From Chitinophagales bacterium (lineage in GTDB: Bacteria > Bacteroidota > Bacteroidia > Chitinophagales > Chitinophagaceae), in contig JAAFJB010000006.1 of NCBI GenBank assembly GCA_013297995.1, positions 3,658 to 67,657 on the forward strand: a DNA stretch of 64,000 nucleotides, read 5' to 3'. A program made the translations under genes and the position numbers. Positions within the stretch are counted from its first letter, which is position 1; each line of letters opens with the position of its first letter. Positions 51,527 through 61,754 of this stretch are shown piece by piece. Below the pieces are notes generated by a model. That model searched no databases. It was not told where the DNA came from and saw only the letters and a list, made by a program, of their open reading frames with translations.

Positions 51527-52891
51527 ATGAGTGATTACTTATCATTATCGGAAGCTGCAAAGTTAATTGGGAAAAGCAAAGAAACACTTAGGCGGTGGGA
51601 TAGGGAGGGTAAATTGACCGCTGTGCGTGAGCCTATGAGCAATTACCGTGTTTACAGAAAAGCCGAAGTACAAACCTTATTTACTGATTTTATTAGTCGC
51701 GATAACGAAGAAACAGTTTCCAATTTTGTTAAGTCAGAAAATGAATACGTGCGTGAGCCTATGAGCAATTACCGTGTTTACAGAAAAGCCGAAGTACAAA
51801 CCTTATTTACTGATTTTATTAGTCGCGATAACGAAGAAACAGTTTCCAATTTTGTTAAGTCAGAAAATGAATACCAAGTTTTAGAACTGTTTGCAGGAGC
51901 AGGCGGCTTGGCAATTGGTATGGAAAAAGCTGGTTTAAAATGCGTGGCACTCAATGAAATTGACAAATGGGCATGTAAAACCTTACGACAAAATCGCCCA
52001 AATTGGAAAGTATTGGAAGGTGATATTAAAGCATTTGATTTTTCTGAATACCATAATAAAGTTCAGGTTGTTACTGGGGGCTTCCCTTGTCAAGCGTTTA
52101 GTTATGCAGGCAAAAAATTAGGCTTAGCTGATGCAAGGGGGACTCTTTTTTATGAGTTTGCAAGAGTGGTAAAAGAAGTAAACCCACCCCTTTGTATGGG
52201 TGAAAATGTTCGTGGATTATTAAGCCATGAAAATGGAAAAACATTACAAGGGATGATTTCAATTTTAGATGAAATAGGGTATAATGTAGTCCCCATCCAG
52301 GTTTTAAAAGCCATACATTTTAAAGTGCCGCAAAAAAGAGAGCGGTTAATTTTAGTTGGGATAAGGAAGGATATTGATTTGAAATACGAATACCCAATTC
52401 CCTACAAAAAAATATACAACTTAAAAGATGCTTTAAAAAAAGGCGAATTGTTTGAAAGTAATGTGCCAAAATCGGAAGGTGCTAAATATCCAAAAAGTAA
52501 AATAGAAGTCTTAAACTTGGTGCCCCCAAAAGGTTATTGGCGTGATTTACCACTGAAAATTCAAAAAGAGTTTATGGGTGGAAGCTTTCATCTTGGCGGT
52601 GGGAAAACAGGTATTGCAAGAAGAATTGGTTGGGATGAACCTTGTTTAACCCTTACCTGTAGCCCTGCACAAAAACAAACCGAACGTTGCCATCCCGATG
52701 AAACTCGTCCATTTACTGTTCGTGAATATGCCAGAATTCAAACCTTTCCTGATGATTGGAAATTTGAAGGTTCTATTGCGCAACAATACAAGCAAATTGG
52801 GAATGCTGTTCCTGTTAATTTAGGTAGAGAAGTGGGCTATTCAATTGTGAATTTTTTGAACAAATACTACAGCTTATCAAAACCCAAATAA
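51527..52891 (+). CDS. C5 DNA cytosine methyltransferase with N-terminal MerR/excisionase-like HTH (M.Eco47II/M.Sau96I-like)
   Basis: LSLSEAAKLIGKSKETLRRWD HTH; motifs LELFAGAGG, GGFPCQ, ENV, QKRER, TVREYARIQTFPD, YKQIGNAVP. Confidence 0.93.
   Translation: MSDYLSLSEAAKLIGKSKETLRRWDREGKLTAVREPMSNYRVYRKAEVQTLFTDFISRDNEETVSNFVKSENEYVREPMSNYRVYRKAEVQTLFTDFISRDNEETVSNFVKSENEYQVLELFAGAGGLAIGMEKAGLKCVALNEIDKWACKTLRQNRPNWKVLEGDIKAFDFSEYHNKVQVVTGGFPCQAFSYAGKKLGLADARGTLFYEFARVVKEVNPPLCMGENVRGLLSHENGKTLQGMISILDEIGYNVVPIQVLKAIHFKVPQKRERLILVGIRKDIDLKYEYPIPYKKIYNLKDALKKGELFESNVPKSEGAKYPKSKIEVLNLVPPKGYWRDLPLKIQKEFMGGSFHLGGGKTGIARRIGWDEPCLTLTCSPAQKQTERCHPDETRPFTVREYARIQTFPDDWKFEGSIAQQYKQIGNAVPVNLGREVGYSIVNFLNKYYSLSKPK
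51623..51874 (+). repeat. Exact in-frame tandem duplication, 2 x 126 bp (42 aa)
   Basis: 51623-51748 is identical to 51749-51874 (VREPMSNY...KSENEY twice). Confidence 0.97.
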
Positions 52892-53631
52892 TAGCTATAA
52901 TTCTCAAAAGTGATTTGGTCTAAAATGCTGCGTCCAGAAATTTTATTAGCAAATTTTATTTCATCAATTGCTGAATTTTCTATGTTCCCCTCTTTGTGTT
53001 CTACAGTAGCTAGATAGTCTTTTATTCCCGCTGGTAATGCTGTATACAATTGTAAAAGTGCATCGTGTTTACCTGAAAGTAAAGTATAGAATTGATCCCC
53101 AGAAATCTTAAAAACCCTACTGTGGCTATATTCTTTACTATTTATTTCACCTTTCCAAAGTTCGTTAAAACTACTTTTGGCTAAAATTTGAACCCAGTAG
53201 CAATTTGCTTTTTTATAGTCGTTGGCATATCGTGCTAATTTTTGAAAAAGTGCTTCGGCTGAGCTACTATTCATAGTATTGTGCTTATTTTTTATATCTG
53301 CAAACAAACTATTGTCTTTTGCTTTAATATCAAAACCACTCAAATTACCTACTTCAAAGCCAGTAATCCCTCCTAAAATTTGTTCATGAAAAGTACCAAT
53401 TGAATTGTTGATTGACTTATCAATCTGTCGCAAAATTTCAGATTGGATAAGGCTTTGTTCGTCAATATCATTAAATTTTGCATCAAAAGTCAACTTAACA
53501 ACGTCTACCTTATTGGAATAAAAATTCTTTTTGGTAATATTATTTTTTGCTTTCAAATAAGACTGATAAAGATTACCAATACATTTCAAGAAATACTCAT
53601 CGGATATAAAATTCAAATACTTGTTTTCCAT
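52867..53631 (-). CDS. Type II restriction endonuclease, Eco47II family
   Basis: RQIDKSINNSIGTFHEQILG, FDI...FADIKNKHNTMN (PD-(D/E)xK-like); convergent with and overlapping the methyltransferase. Confidence 0.82.
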   Translation of the reverse strand: MENKYLNFISDEYFLKCIGNLYQSYLKAKNNITKKNFYSNKVDVVKLTFDAKFNDIDEQSLIQSEILRQIDKSINNSIGTFHEQILGGITGFEVGNLSGFDIKAKDNSLFADIKNKHNTMNSSSAEALFQKLARYANDYKKANCYWVQILAKSSFNELWKGEINSKEYSHSRVFKISGDQFYTLLSGKHDALLQLYTALPAGIKDYLATVEHKEGNIENSAIDEIKFANKISGRSILDQITFENYSYYLGFDKL

Positions 53632-53687
53632 CAAAATTTATACATTAAATTATTTACTAAAATAACTGTTTTATAGATCTCCCCATT

Positions 53688-55187
53688 TTAATTCCCGCCC
53701 TTGCCAATCCGTTTTTTAAATACCTGATACAACTGTATGGCATCGGGGGTGAGTTTTAATTTAAATATGGCCATTATCATTATTCCAGAGAAAATTACCG
53801 ATCTGCCAATCATTGCCCACCATCCTGAGTACTGCCTAAATAAAAGGTAACTAGCAGCAAATGCAAGCAGGGTAACCATTATAGACCATAGTGTTTTTAA
53901 ATCAAAAGGTTGCATATTGAATTTTCGCCGTAAAAATTCATACCGAATAAAATTATATACTCCATAAGCTGCCAGCTCCGCAAACGCAGATCCTATTATT
54001 CCATAATTTTTAATCAGGTAATAAGTGAGGGGCAACCTTAAAATTAATAATACCACGCCACTGAAAAAGTCAAACCGCCAAAAAGTAGATGTATTTATAA
54101 CCATCGCATTCAGCCCCGTTCCCGCATCTATTATTCTTACCATTCCTAAAACAAAAATAGTATTCAAGCCAGCTGAATATTCCTGCTGTACATCAAATAC
54201 CTGAATGGCATCCGCAATATTCAACCATAAATTTCCAAATATTACCAATGCCATCAACAACAAATTAATACAAGATCTTTTATAAATGCGGTGAATCTCA
54301 GCAATATCTTTATCCTTCCAAGCTTGAGATAATACGCCCGCAGAAACGGCCACAATACTTCTTTGTGGTACTTGTAACAGATTGGCCGCATACTGCGCCA
54401 ACGCAAAAATTCCCACTACGGCAAGCCCCTGAAATTTGGCTATAATAAAACTATCAATGGTTGCAGCAATTGACGCTATTAGGGTACCACTGTATATTAA
54501 GGCCTGCATAGCAAGCATTTTTTTCCAGAATTTCTTGGTGACCCTGCTTATAATTGTAGGAAAAAAAAGTGCACCCGCCTTGTATAAATAGACTGCCAAT
54601 AGTATAAAAATGATACTATATAAAAAGGCGAACCCATAAATAAACGATTCAAAACTAATGAGCTTTGTATAAAACAATAGAATAAATAGTAGGGTAATAA
54701 TTCTTAAGACAGTCTCTTTTAAAAAACTAGAAACTACCGTTTTATTTACAGCCCAGCACAAACCCTCTAATACATTAAAAAAAAGCATCCCCATGGTGAA
54801 GGGGAATAACCAATAATAATACCTAACAATCAAGGCAGACTTCTGATAAAACTGGGCCACAAAAAAGGGGCGAAAATACCAGCCCGCAACAATCACCAAC
54901 AAAAGTCCAATCACTGCTGCCAACATTGCCCATGTTATTAAATCTATACGGTGTTTCTCTAAATTGTCTTTGTAGTAGGGATAGAATTTATAAATAACAG
55001 GCACCACACCTAGTGTGCCAAATGCAGCCATATTCTGGGCAAAATCAAAGAAAATGCGCGTTATGCCAAACTGTTCAGGCGTAAATAATCCATTTTTTAC
55101 ATAGAAATAAGTATTCAGCGCACCTATTATAAATCCAATATAGACCAGTATACTTGAAATGATGGTTTGTTTCCTAATGGCTCCCAT
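53688..55187 (-). CDS. Polysaccharide flippase (Wzx/MATE-like)
   Basis: MGAIRKQTIISS...G; about 14 TM segments; GIIGSAFA. Confidence 0.85.
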   Translation of the reverse strand: MGAIRKQTIISSILVYIGFIIGALNTYFYVKNGLFTPEQFGITRIFFDFAQNMAAFGTLGVVPVIYKFYPYYKDNLEKHRIDLITWAMLAAVIGLLLVIVAGWYFRPFFVAQFYQKSALIVRYYYWLFPFTMGMLFFNVLEGLCWAVNKTVVSSFLKETVLRIITLLFILLFYTKLISFESFIYGFAFLYSIIFILLAVYLYKAGALFFPTIISRVTKKFWKKMLAMQALIYSGTLIASIAATIDSFIIAKFQGLAVVGIFALAQYAANLLQVPQRSIVAVSAGVLSQAWKDKDIAEIHRIYKRSCINLLLMALVIFGNLWLNIADAIQVFDVQQEYSAGLNTIFVLGMVRIIDAGTGLNAMVINTSTFWRFDFFSGVVLLILRLPLTYYLIKNYGIIGSAFAELAAYGVYNFIRYEFLRRKFNMQPFDLKTLWSIMVTLLAFAASYLLFRQYSGWWAMIGRSVIFSGIMIMAIFKLKLTPDAIQLYQVFKKRIGKGGN

Positions 55188-55388
55188 ACAGCTTAATTCA
55201 TTTTCAGTAAGGTTATTTTCACTTCTTGCACACTTGCAAATCTAGTTTACTAAACCATTTATTCATAGAAGCTGTTTGAGTTATTTTTTGTCCTGCAATA
55301 AAAGTAAGATATTCAAGTGTATGCTGAGATCATACACCATTAAACAATTGAAAAGAAACTACCCGATTGTATTGAGGGGTGTGATTGC

Positions 55389-56045
55389 TTAATGCTTCAA
55401 CTTAGCTTTAAAAACTTTCTCAAATTTTTCCAACTTAGGGGCAATTACAAAGCGGCAATACCCTTGATTTTGATTACCATTATAATAATTCTGGTGGTAA
55501 TTCTCTGCTGGATAAAAGTTCTTCAATGGCTCTATAATGGTTACAATGGGGTTTGCCCAAGCACCACTTTTGTCTAGTTGAGCCTTATAATGAATGGCTT
55601 TTTCTTTTTGCTCCGCATTGTGGTAATAAATAGCACTGCGGTATTGGGGGCCTACATCATTGCCTTGACGATCCATAGTGGTAGGGTCGTGCGTTTTCCA
55701 GAATACTTCCAGCAACTCATCATACGTTACTTTAGCTGGATCGTATACAATTCTACACAATTCAATATGCCCCGTATTTTTATCGCAAACCTGTTCATAA
55801 GTAGGGTTTTCTACATGGCCGCCCCCATATCCACTCAAAACTTGTAATACCCCTTCTATTCGTTGAAAAAATGCTTCTGTACACCAGAAACATCCTTCGC
55901 CAAAAGTGGCAGTATCAGTATTTAATCCTTCGGGAATTGGCGCCATTGTATGGTTACTCATTGGTTCATTTTTTGGTTTTTCTGGTGCTGCGCAGCAGAA
56001 TTGAAATAGACTAAGAAAAATAAAAACTAGATACTTTTTTTGCAT
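55389..56045 (-). CDS. msrA: Peptide methionine sulfoxide reductase A
   Basis: FGEGCFWCTEA, HDPT, QGNDVGPQYRS, AENYHQNY; exported N-terminus. Confidence 0.96.
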   Translation of the reverse strand: MQKKYLVFIFLSLFQFCCAAPEKPKNEPMSNHTMAPIPEGLNTDTATFGEGCFWCTEAFFQRIEGVLQVLSGYGGGHVENPTYEQVCDKNTGHIELCRIVYDPAKVTYDELLEVFWKTHDPTTMDRQGNDVGPQYRSAIYYHNAEQKEKAIHYKAQLDKSGAWANPIVTIIEPLKNFYPAENYHQNYYNGNQNQGYCRFVIAPKLEKFEKVFKAKLKH

Positions 56046-56192
56046 AATTGCTTTTGTATAAGCTACAATTAATACTACAAACAGTCTGGTATTTTTGTTT
56101 ATTTATACAGTTTTATATACCAAAACAAGCTGTTTTAACGCTTTAAGCTGGAGGATTGTCAAAATTAAGTTAAATTCGTTTATAGTATTATC

Positions 56193-56702
56193 ATGAGTTT
56201 TCAATCACAGTTCTGGAAATATATGTCGCTCCGCATGGAGTCGCTGCTACTGGGGATGCCCATATTGCTGTTTTTTCTATTGTATTATTTCTACGACGCT
56301 CTTAGCATTGATCCTTATTTTGGGGTTTCTGTTCCATTTATTTTGAGCACCAATATTCTTATTTTCCACCTCCCTTTTTTCCTAATCCCTTACCTTATGC
56401 ACCGGTTTATGAGGGATCAAGATAAGGGACATTTTGCCATCAATTTTCTTCACGTTTTATTGTCTATATTTTTGCTTTTCTCTCTCATGTTCACGTATCA
56501 AGTGGTTCAACCTGCATCGCCACAAGTAGGCACGCCCATTTTTGATTTCCCGGAAAATAAATTGTGGATGGAAGCAACAATGGCCACCTATATTATTTTA
56601 TGTGCACAGGTTATATTACAATTGGCTTTTACACTCTATGCCCTTACTGTTCTCTTCCCTGGCAAACAGAAAACCCCCATTCACAGTTATTCCTTTCAAT
56701 AA
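56193..56702 (+). CDS. Hypothetical membrane protein
   Basis: Four hydrophobic segments; no recognised family. Confidence 0.6.
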   Translation: MSFQSQFWKYMSLRMESLLLGMPILLFFLLYYFYDALSIDPYFGVSVPFILSTNILIFHLPFFLIPYLMHRFMRDQDKGHFAINFLHVLLSIFLLFSLMFTYQVVQPASPQVGTPIFDFPENKLWMEATMATYIILCAQVILQLAFTLYALTVLFPGKQKTPIHSYSFQ

Positions 56703-56748
56703 AGTAATCTTGCGGCTTACCTTTGCAAGCAATTGAAATGGACTGCAT

Positions 56749-58854
56749 ATGCGTTTATACCCAGAATCGGCCTCCTCACAACTGGAATTTGAGACAGTAA
56801 AAAATTTGTTGGCCTCCTTGTGCAGAACCGATTATTCCAAGAAAAAATGCGCTGAGCTTCGCATTCATACCCGAAAAGATTTTATTAACCGCGAACTAAG
56901 GCAGAGCTATGAGTTAAAACTTATCTTACTGCAACAGCAATATTTTCCGAACGATTTTACCCTCAATATCAGCAAAGACATCAAGTTATTGTCAATCCCT
57001 GGTGCGCTGCTTACGGGAGAACAATGGCTGCTGATTAAAAAACTTACCGAAAGTATTGGGACTATTTTCAGGTGGTTTGATCAGGAAAGGAGGATATCAT
57101 TTCCTGCGCTTACAGAAGTACTGAGCAATAGCTATTATGAAAAAGCTATTGTAGCAATGATTGACGAGGTATTGGATGACGCTGGAGTAGTAAAAGACAA
57201 TGCCTCTGCCGACCTACAGAAAATACGAATGAGCCTGTATAAACGCAGGAATGAATTACGGAGGATGTTTGAAAAAGTAATTCAGAAAATGGCCAAAGCA
57301 GGTTATACCGCCGATATTGATGAAAGTTTCAGCAACGGCAGAAGAGTTGTGGCAGTATTTTCCGAACATAAGCGACAAGTGAAGGGCATTCTTCATGGCG
57401 AAAGTGATAGTCGCAAAACTGCTTTTATTGAACCTGAAGAAACCATTGAACTCAATAACGAAGTATTTGCATTAGAAAATGAAGAACTGCGGGAAGTGCA
57501 AAAAATATTAAGAGCCCTTACTGCCAGAATGATGGTATATGCGCCTTTGTTAGATTCTTATTTGCATATGATTGGTGAATTTGACTTCATCAAAGCCAAA
57601 GCACAACTTGCAGTGAATATGAATGCCAACCTACCCGAATTGGCCGATAAAGCACAGGTATTATTGGTAGACGCTTATCACCCTTTGTTGTACTTATACA
57701 ATAAAGAATCGGGTAAGAAAACCATTCCTGTTTCCATTTCATTGGATGAGAAAAGCAGGATACTGGTAATTAGCGGCCCAAATGCAGGGGGCAAAACCGT
57801 GACCATGAAAACCATTGGACTAAACCAGATGATGCTGCAAAGCGGGTTATTGGTGCCTATGAGTCCGCTCTCGCAGATGGGTATTTTTAAACAACTTTAT
57901 ATCCATATTGGAGATACGCAAAGCTTGCAATTTGAGTTGAGTACCTATTCCAGTCACCTTATGCATATGAAGCATTTTATGGAGAATGCCAATGGTAAAA
58001 CCTTATTTTTCATAGATGAATTGGGAAGTGGATCCGACCCTAATTTGGGTGGTGCATTTGCAGAAGTAATTATGGAGGAGTTGGGACGAAAGCATGCTTA
58101 CGGGGTAGTAACCACACACTATCTTAATTTAAAAGTGATGGCCAATCATACCCAAGGAATTATTAATGGAGCCATGCAGTTTGATGAATTGAACCTGCAA
58201 CCGATGTATAAACTAATTATTGGCAAGCCTGGAAGCTCCTATACTTTTGCCATTGCAGAAAGAATTGGCCTTCCCAAGAATCTAATTAACCGGGCAAGAA
58301 ATCTGGTAGATGAAGATCATTTTAAGTTAGATCGATTGTTAAACAGAACGGAGCAGGACTTACAATATTTAGAAAAAGAAAAAAAAGAGCTCCACAACGC
58401 ACTGAAAGAAAACGAAAAGTTGAAAAAAGAAATGGAGCAAGTGATGAATAAAGAAAAGCATCGCCAACAGGTTGAACTGCTTAAAAACCAGCACTTGGTT
58501 ACCGAAGATAAGTTGGTGTATTTGAAAGATATGGAGCGGAAGCTAAAGCAGATAGTGCTGGACTGGAAGAAGAGCGACAATAAGCAAGAAGTAGTAAAGA
58601 ATCTTCAGAACCTACTCTTTAATCAGAAGGAAACGATTGTGGTGAATAAGCTGGCGAAAAAAGTAGATAAGCAGTATAAAGAACTTAATCAACCCATACA
58701 AATAGGCAGTTTGGTAAAACTCAAGAAAAACTATCAAGTAGGGGAGGTGAAGGAAATTCGCGGAAAAAGAGCCATCGTTATGATTGGGTCATTACCCATT
58801 AATGTGGACATTACAGATTTAATAACCGTGGAAAAATTACCAGAAAAAGAATAA
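56749..58854 (+). CDS. mutS2: MutS2-family ATPase (no C-terminal Smr domain)
   Basis: GPNAGGKT, DELGSGSDP, TTHY, coiled coil, terminal KOW-like domain. TACCTTTG promoter at 56718-56725. Confidence 0.88.
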   Translation: MRLYPESASSQLEFETVKNLLASLCRTDYSKKKCAELRIHTRKDFINRELRQSYELKLILLQQQYFPNDFTLNISKDIKLLSIPGALLTGEQWLLIKKLTESIGTIFRWFDQERRISFPALTEVLSNSYYEKAIVAMIDEVLDDAGVVKDNASADLQKIRMSLYKRRNELRRMFEKVIQKMAKAGYTADIDESFSNGRRVVAVFSEHKRQVKGILHGESDSRKTAFIEPEETIELNNEVFALENEELREVQKILRALTARMMVYAPLLDSYLHMIGEFDFIKAKAQLAVNMNANLPELADKAQVLLVDAYHPLLYLYNKESGKKTIPVSISLDEKSRILVISGPNAGGKTVTMKTIGLNQMMLQSGLLVPMSPLSQMGIFKQLYIHIGDTQSLQFELSTYSSHLMHMKHFMENANGKTLFFIDELGSGSDPNLGGAFAEVIMEELGRKHAYGVVTTHYLNLKVMANHTQGIINGAMQFDELNLQPMYKLIIGKPGSSYTFAIAERIGLPKNLINRARNLVDEDHFKLDRLLNRTEQDLQYLEKEKKELHNALKENEKLKKEMEQVMNKEKHRQQVELLKNQHLVTEDKLVYLKDMERKLKQIVLDWKKSDNKQEVVKNLQNLLFNQKETIVVNKLAKKVDKQYKELNQPIQIGSLVKLKKNYQVGEVKEIRGKRAIVMIGSLPINVDITDLITVEKLPEKE

Positions 58855-58899
58855 TCTGGCATTCAATTTGGATAGAATAATTGTATTTTCACCCATTGC

Positions 58900-60846
58900 A
58901 TGCACATGATAATGAAATCCATTCTTTTAGTATTGCTGGTGATTGCTTCATTCAATTCCAACGCCCAACTTTGTACAGGAAGTTTGGGCGATCCTGTGGT
59001 GAATATTACTTTTGGAAATGGGAACACTCAGCCAGCCGCTTTAAAAAAAGGGGTAACCAATCTTAGATATGTCTCCACTGATTGCCCTACTGATGGAGAA
59101 TATACAATAACTAACTCTACTTCAAGATGTCATTCAAATGCATGGCATACTACCAATGAAGACCATACAAAGGATTTAAAAGGTAGGTTTATGCTAATTA
59201 ATGCAGGTTCAATTGCAAGTAACTTTTTTATTGATACAATCTCAGGGTTGTGTAGAAATACTACTTATGAATTTAGCGCGTGGATAGCTAATGTATTGAA
59301 ATCAAGTAGCTGCAATGGAAGGGGAGTGAAACCAAATTTAAGTTTTAAAATAGAAACAATAACTGGTATTATTTTGGACAGTATAAATACACAAGATATT
59401 AATGACAACCCCAATTTAATTTGGGAAAAGTATGGTTTTCAGTTTAAACCAGATATTAATACCACATCAATAGTCTTAAAAATAAAAAATAATAGTCTAG
59501 GAGGCTCATCAGATGACAGATGTGGTAATGATTTAGCAATTGATGACATTGCATTCAGACCTTGTTTTCCGCTTATGAAATCAGAAATATTAAATAATCT
59601 AGGATTATCAAGTATTTGCCTCGATCAACCTAAATCTTTAGAGCTAACCGCTTCAATTGAAAATGGGTTATTAGCTCCTTTTTATCAATGGCAATCAAGT
59701 TTTGACCATGGTAAATCTTGGTTAAATATTTCTGGCGCAAACAGCACTAAACTCAATTTACAGGCTCCAATAAGTGATGGAACATTTATGTACCGTATGC
59801 AAGTTGGGGAATTGGCAAACCAGACAAATCAAGATTGCCGGGTTCCTTCTCCAACAATATCGGTTCATCTTTTACCCTCAAATACAGAAAAAACAATTTC
59901 ACAATGTAGAGGCTCAGATGTTGAGCTTTTTGCAGCAAACAGCAATGACTCATTAATTAAGTATTTATGGAATGGCCCAAAAAATTTTAAATCTATTTCT
60001 CAGAATCCATCTTTGAAGTCAGTACACATTTCTGATTCTGGTATTTATTCTGTTGACATTAGCAATAATTATGGATGTGTGGTCAGGAATACCATCAATC
60101 TAAAAGTGTTTAATGCCATTGTTGGTAAACTCACTGGTAATTCAGTAATATGCTTTGGCGAATCAACCCAATTAACAGCGAGTGGGTCTACCCATTTTAC
60201 TTGGGTACCTTCCACTGGCTTATCGGCTAATAATACCGGAACAGTAATAGCCAATCCAAAAGATACTACCCAATATTATGTTTTAATTGGAGATGGAACC
60301 GGATGCTCTGATTCTATATCAATAAATATAAAAGTTGTAAAACCGCCCATCGTAAATGCAGGTGCCGATAAAAGTATATTAGCAGGTAATTCCATTAATT
60401 TGTTGGGGAGTATAAGCGGACAATACCAATCGTACCGATGGACGCCCAACTTTAATATGCTTAATGCCAATAGTTTATCACCCACAGTAATGCCTACACA
60501 AACCACTTCTTATGAGCTAAGGGCTGTTGCTGCTGCATCCTGTGGTGAAGTAAAAGATACCGTAAAAATTGTAGTATATATTAAAACTGAGCCGCCCAAT
60601 GCTTTTTCTCCCAATGGAGATGGTGTGAATGATTTATGGGTAATACCAGGGTTGGAATTGTATCCAAAAGCAGCACTAACAGTATTCAATAGGGCGGGAA
60701 TGGTAGTATACCAATCCAAACCTTATAGCAGTTCTTGGGATGGTACTTTTAAAGGAAGCCCTTTACCAGTAGGTACTTATTATTATATTATAGAACGAGG
60801 AATGGGTTTTGAAGTATTAAGTGGATCTATCCAGTTGATTCGATAA
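58900..60846 (+). CDS. T9SS type B CTD (gliding motility-associated C-terminal domain) protein
   Basis: Signal peptide; Ig-like repeats; PNAFSPNGDGVND...FNRAG...WDGT...LPVGTYYY. Confidence 0.88.
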   Translation: MHMIMKSILLVLLVIASFNSNAQLCTGSLGDPVVNITFGNGNTQPAALKKGVTNLRYVSTDCPTDGEYTITNSTSRCHSNAWHTTNEDHTKDLKGRFMLINAGSIASNFFIDTISGLCRNTTYEFSAWIANVLKSSSCNGRGVKPNLSFKIETITGIILDSINTQDINDNPNLIWEKYGFQFKPDINTTSIVLKIKNNSLGGSSDDRCGNDLAIDDIAFRPCFPLMKSEILNNLGLSSICLDQPKSLELTASIENGLLAPFYQWQSSFDHGKSWLNISGANSTKLNLQAPISDGTFMYRMQVGELANQTNQDCRVPSPTISVHLLPSNTEKTISQCRGSDVELFAANSNDSLIKYLWNGPKNFKSISQNPSLKSVHISDSGIYSVDISNNYGCVVRNTINLKVFNAIVGKLTGNSVICFGESTQLTASGSTHFTWVPSTGLSANNTGTVIANPKDTTQYYVLIGDGTGCSDSISINIKVVKPPIVNAGADKSILAGNSINLLGSISGQYQSYRWTPNFNMLNANSLSPTVMPTQTTSYELRAVAAASCGEVKDTVKIVVYIKTEPPNAFSPNGDGVNDLWVIPGLELYPKAALTVFNRAGMVVYQSKPYSSSWDGTFKGSPLPVGTYYYIIERGMGFEVLSGSIQLIR

Positions 60847-60877
60847 TTTTATATTTTATTCATTCAAATAATTATTT

Positions 60878-61330
60878 ATGATTATTGATCAGATTTCTCG
60901 ACTGCAATCTTATTCCGCACTGCATCCAAGGTTTACAGAAGCCATGAATTTTATTTTGAGCACAGATCTTGAAAAACTAGAAATAGGTGAAACAAAGGTA
61001 AGCGGTGAAAATATTAGGGCTATAATTATGGAGGGCGACCAAGATCCGGATGCTTTATTGAATGATGGATTTGAGTGCCACAATGCCCATATTGATATAC
61101 AGGTTTGTATCTACGGTACGGAAAGGGTAGGGTGGAAGAGCCGCCACGAGTGCATCCACCCGAAAGATAATTACGATGCTGAGCGAGATGTATTGTTCAT
61201 GGAAGACGCACCAGCACTATTTTTTGAGCTGAAAGAAGGTATGTTTGGAATTTATTTTCCTACTGATGTACATGCGCCCATGATTGGTGTTGGACATATT
61301 CGTAAGCTGGTGATGAAAGTAAGGATATAA
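60878..61330 (+). CDS. YhcH/YjgK/YiaL family protein
   Basis: MIIDQI, ECHNAHIDIQ, YDAERDV, IYFPTDVHAP. Confidence 0.88.
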   Translation: MIIDQISRLQSYSALHPRFTEAMNFILSTDLEKLEIGETKVSGENIRAIIMEGDQDPDALLNDGFECHNAHIDIQVCIYGTERVGWKSRHECIHPKDNYDAERDVLFMEDAPALFFELKEGMFGIYFPTDVHAPMIGVGHIRKLVMKVRI

Positions 61331-61370
61331 ATAGTTTTAAATATTTTTTGGAATAAAAAAGCCTAGACCT

Positions 61371-61378
61371 TACTTTTG
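61371..61378 (+). promoter_or_regulatory. -7 promoter element of tRNA-Ser
   Basis: TACTTTTG just upstream of the tRNA 5' end. Confidence 0.7.
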
Positions 61379-61382
61379 CCGC

Positions 61383-61467
61383 GGAGAGCTGGCAGAGTGG
61401 TCGATTGCGGCAGTCTTGAAAACTGTTGACTGTAACAGGTCCTGGGGTTCGAATCCCTAGCTCTCCG
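61383..61467 (+). tRNA. tRNA-Ser (anticodon TGA)
   Basis: GGAGAGC/GCTCTCC acceptor stem, GGCAGAGTGG D-arm, CTTGAAA anticodon loop, long variable arm, GGTTCGAATCC T-loop; CCA not encoded. Confidence 0.96.
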
Positions 61468-61470
61468 CAC

Positions 61471-61512
61471 TAAAACCTGAAATGTAATGCCAGATTGCAT
61501 ATCAGGTTTTTT
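61471..61512 (+). terminator. Terminator after tRNA-Ser
   Basis: AAAACCTGA...TCAGGTTTTTT. Confidence 0.7.
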
Positions 61513-61754
61513 AGTTATTATGATGGCTAATCACGAAAAGGAGATAATAATACTGGCCTAGGGACTATCAGTACACATTTTATGAATTATCTACTCAATT
61601 CTTTCCCTCGTATACAAAAAAGCAAAGTATCTATTCGCCGATTTTTTTGGGTTTGAACAGACTCACGGTTTTGTGAAAATCCCTGTTTCATTAAAATAAA
61701 TTATTGTTTACCAATAAATATTTATTTATATTTGACCTAAAATTAAATTTATTT

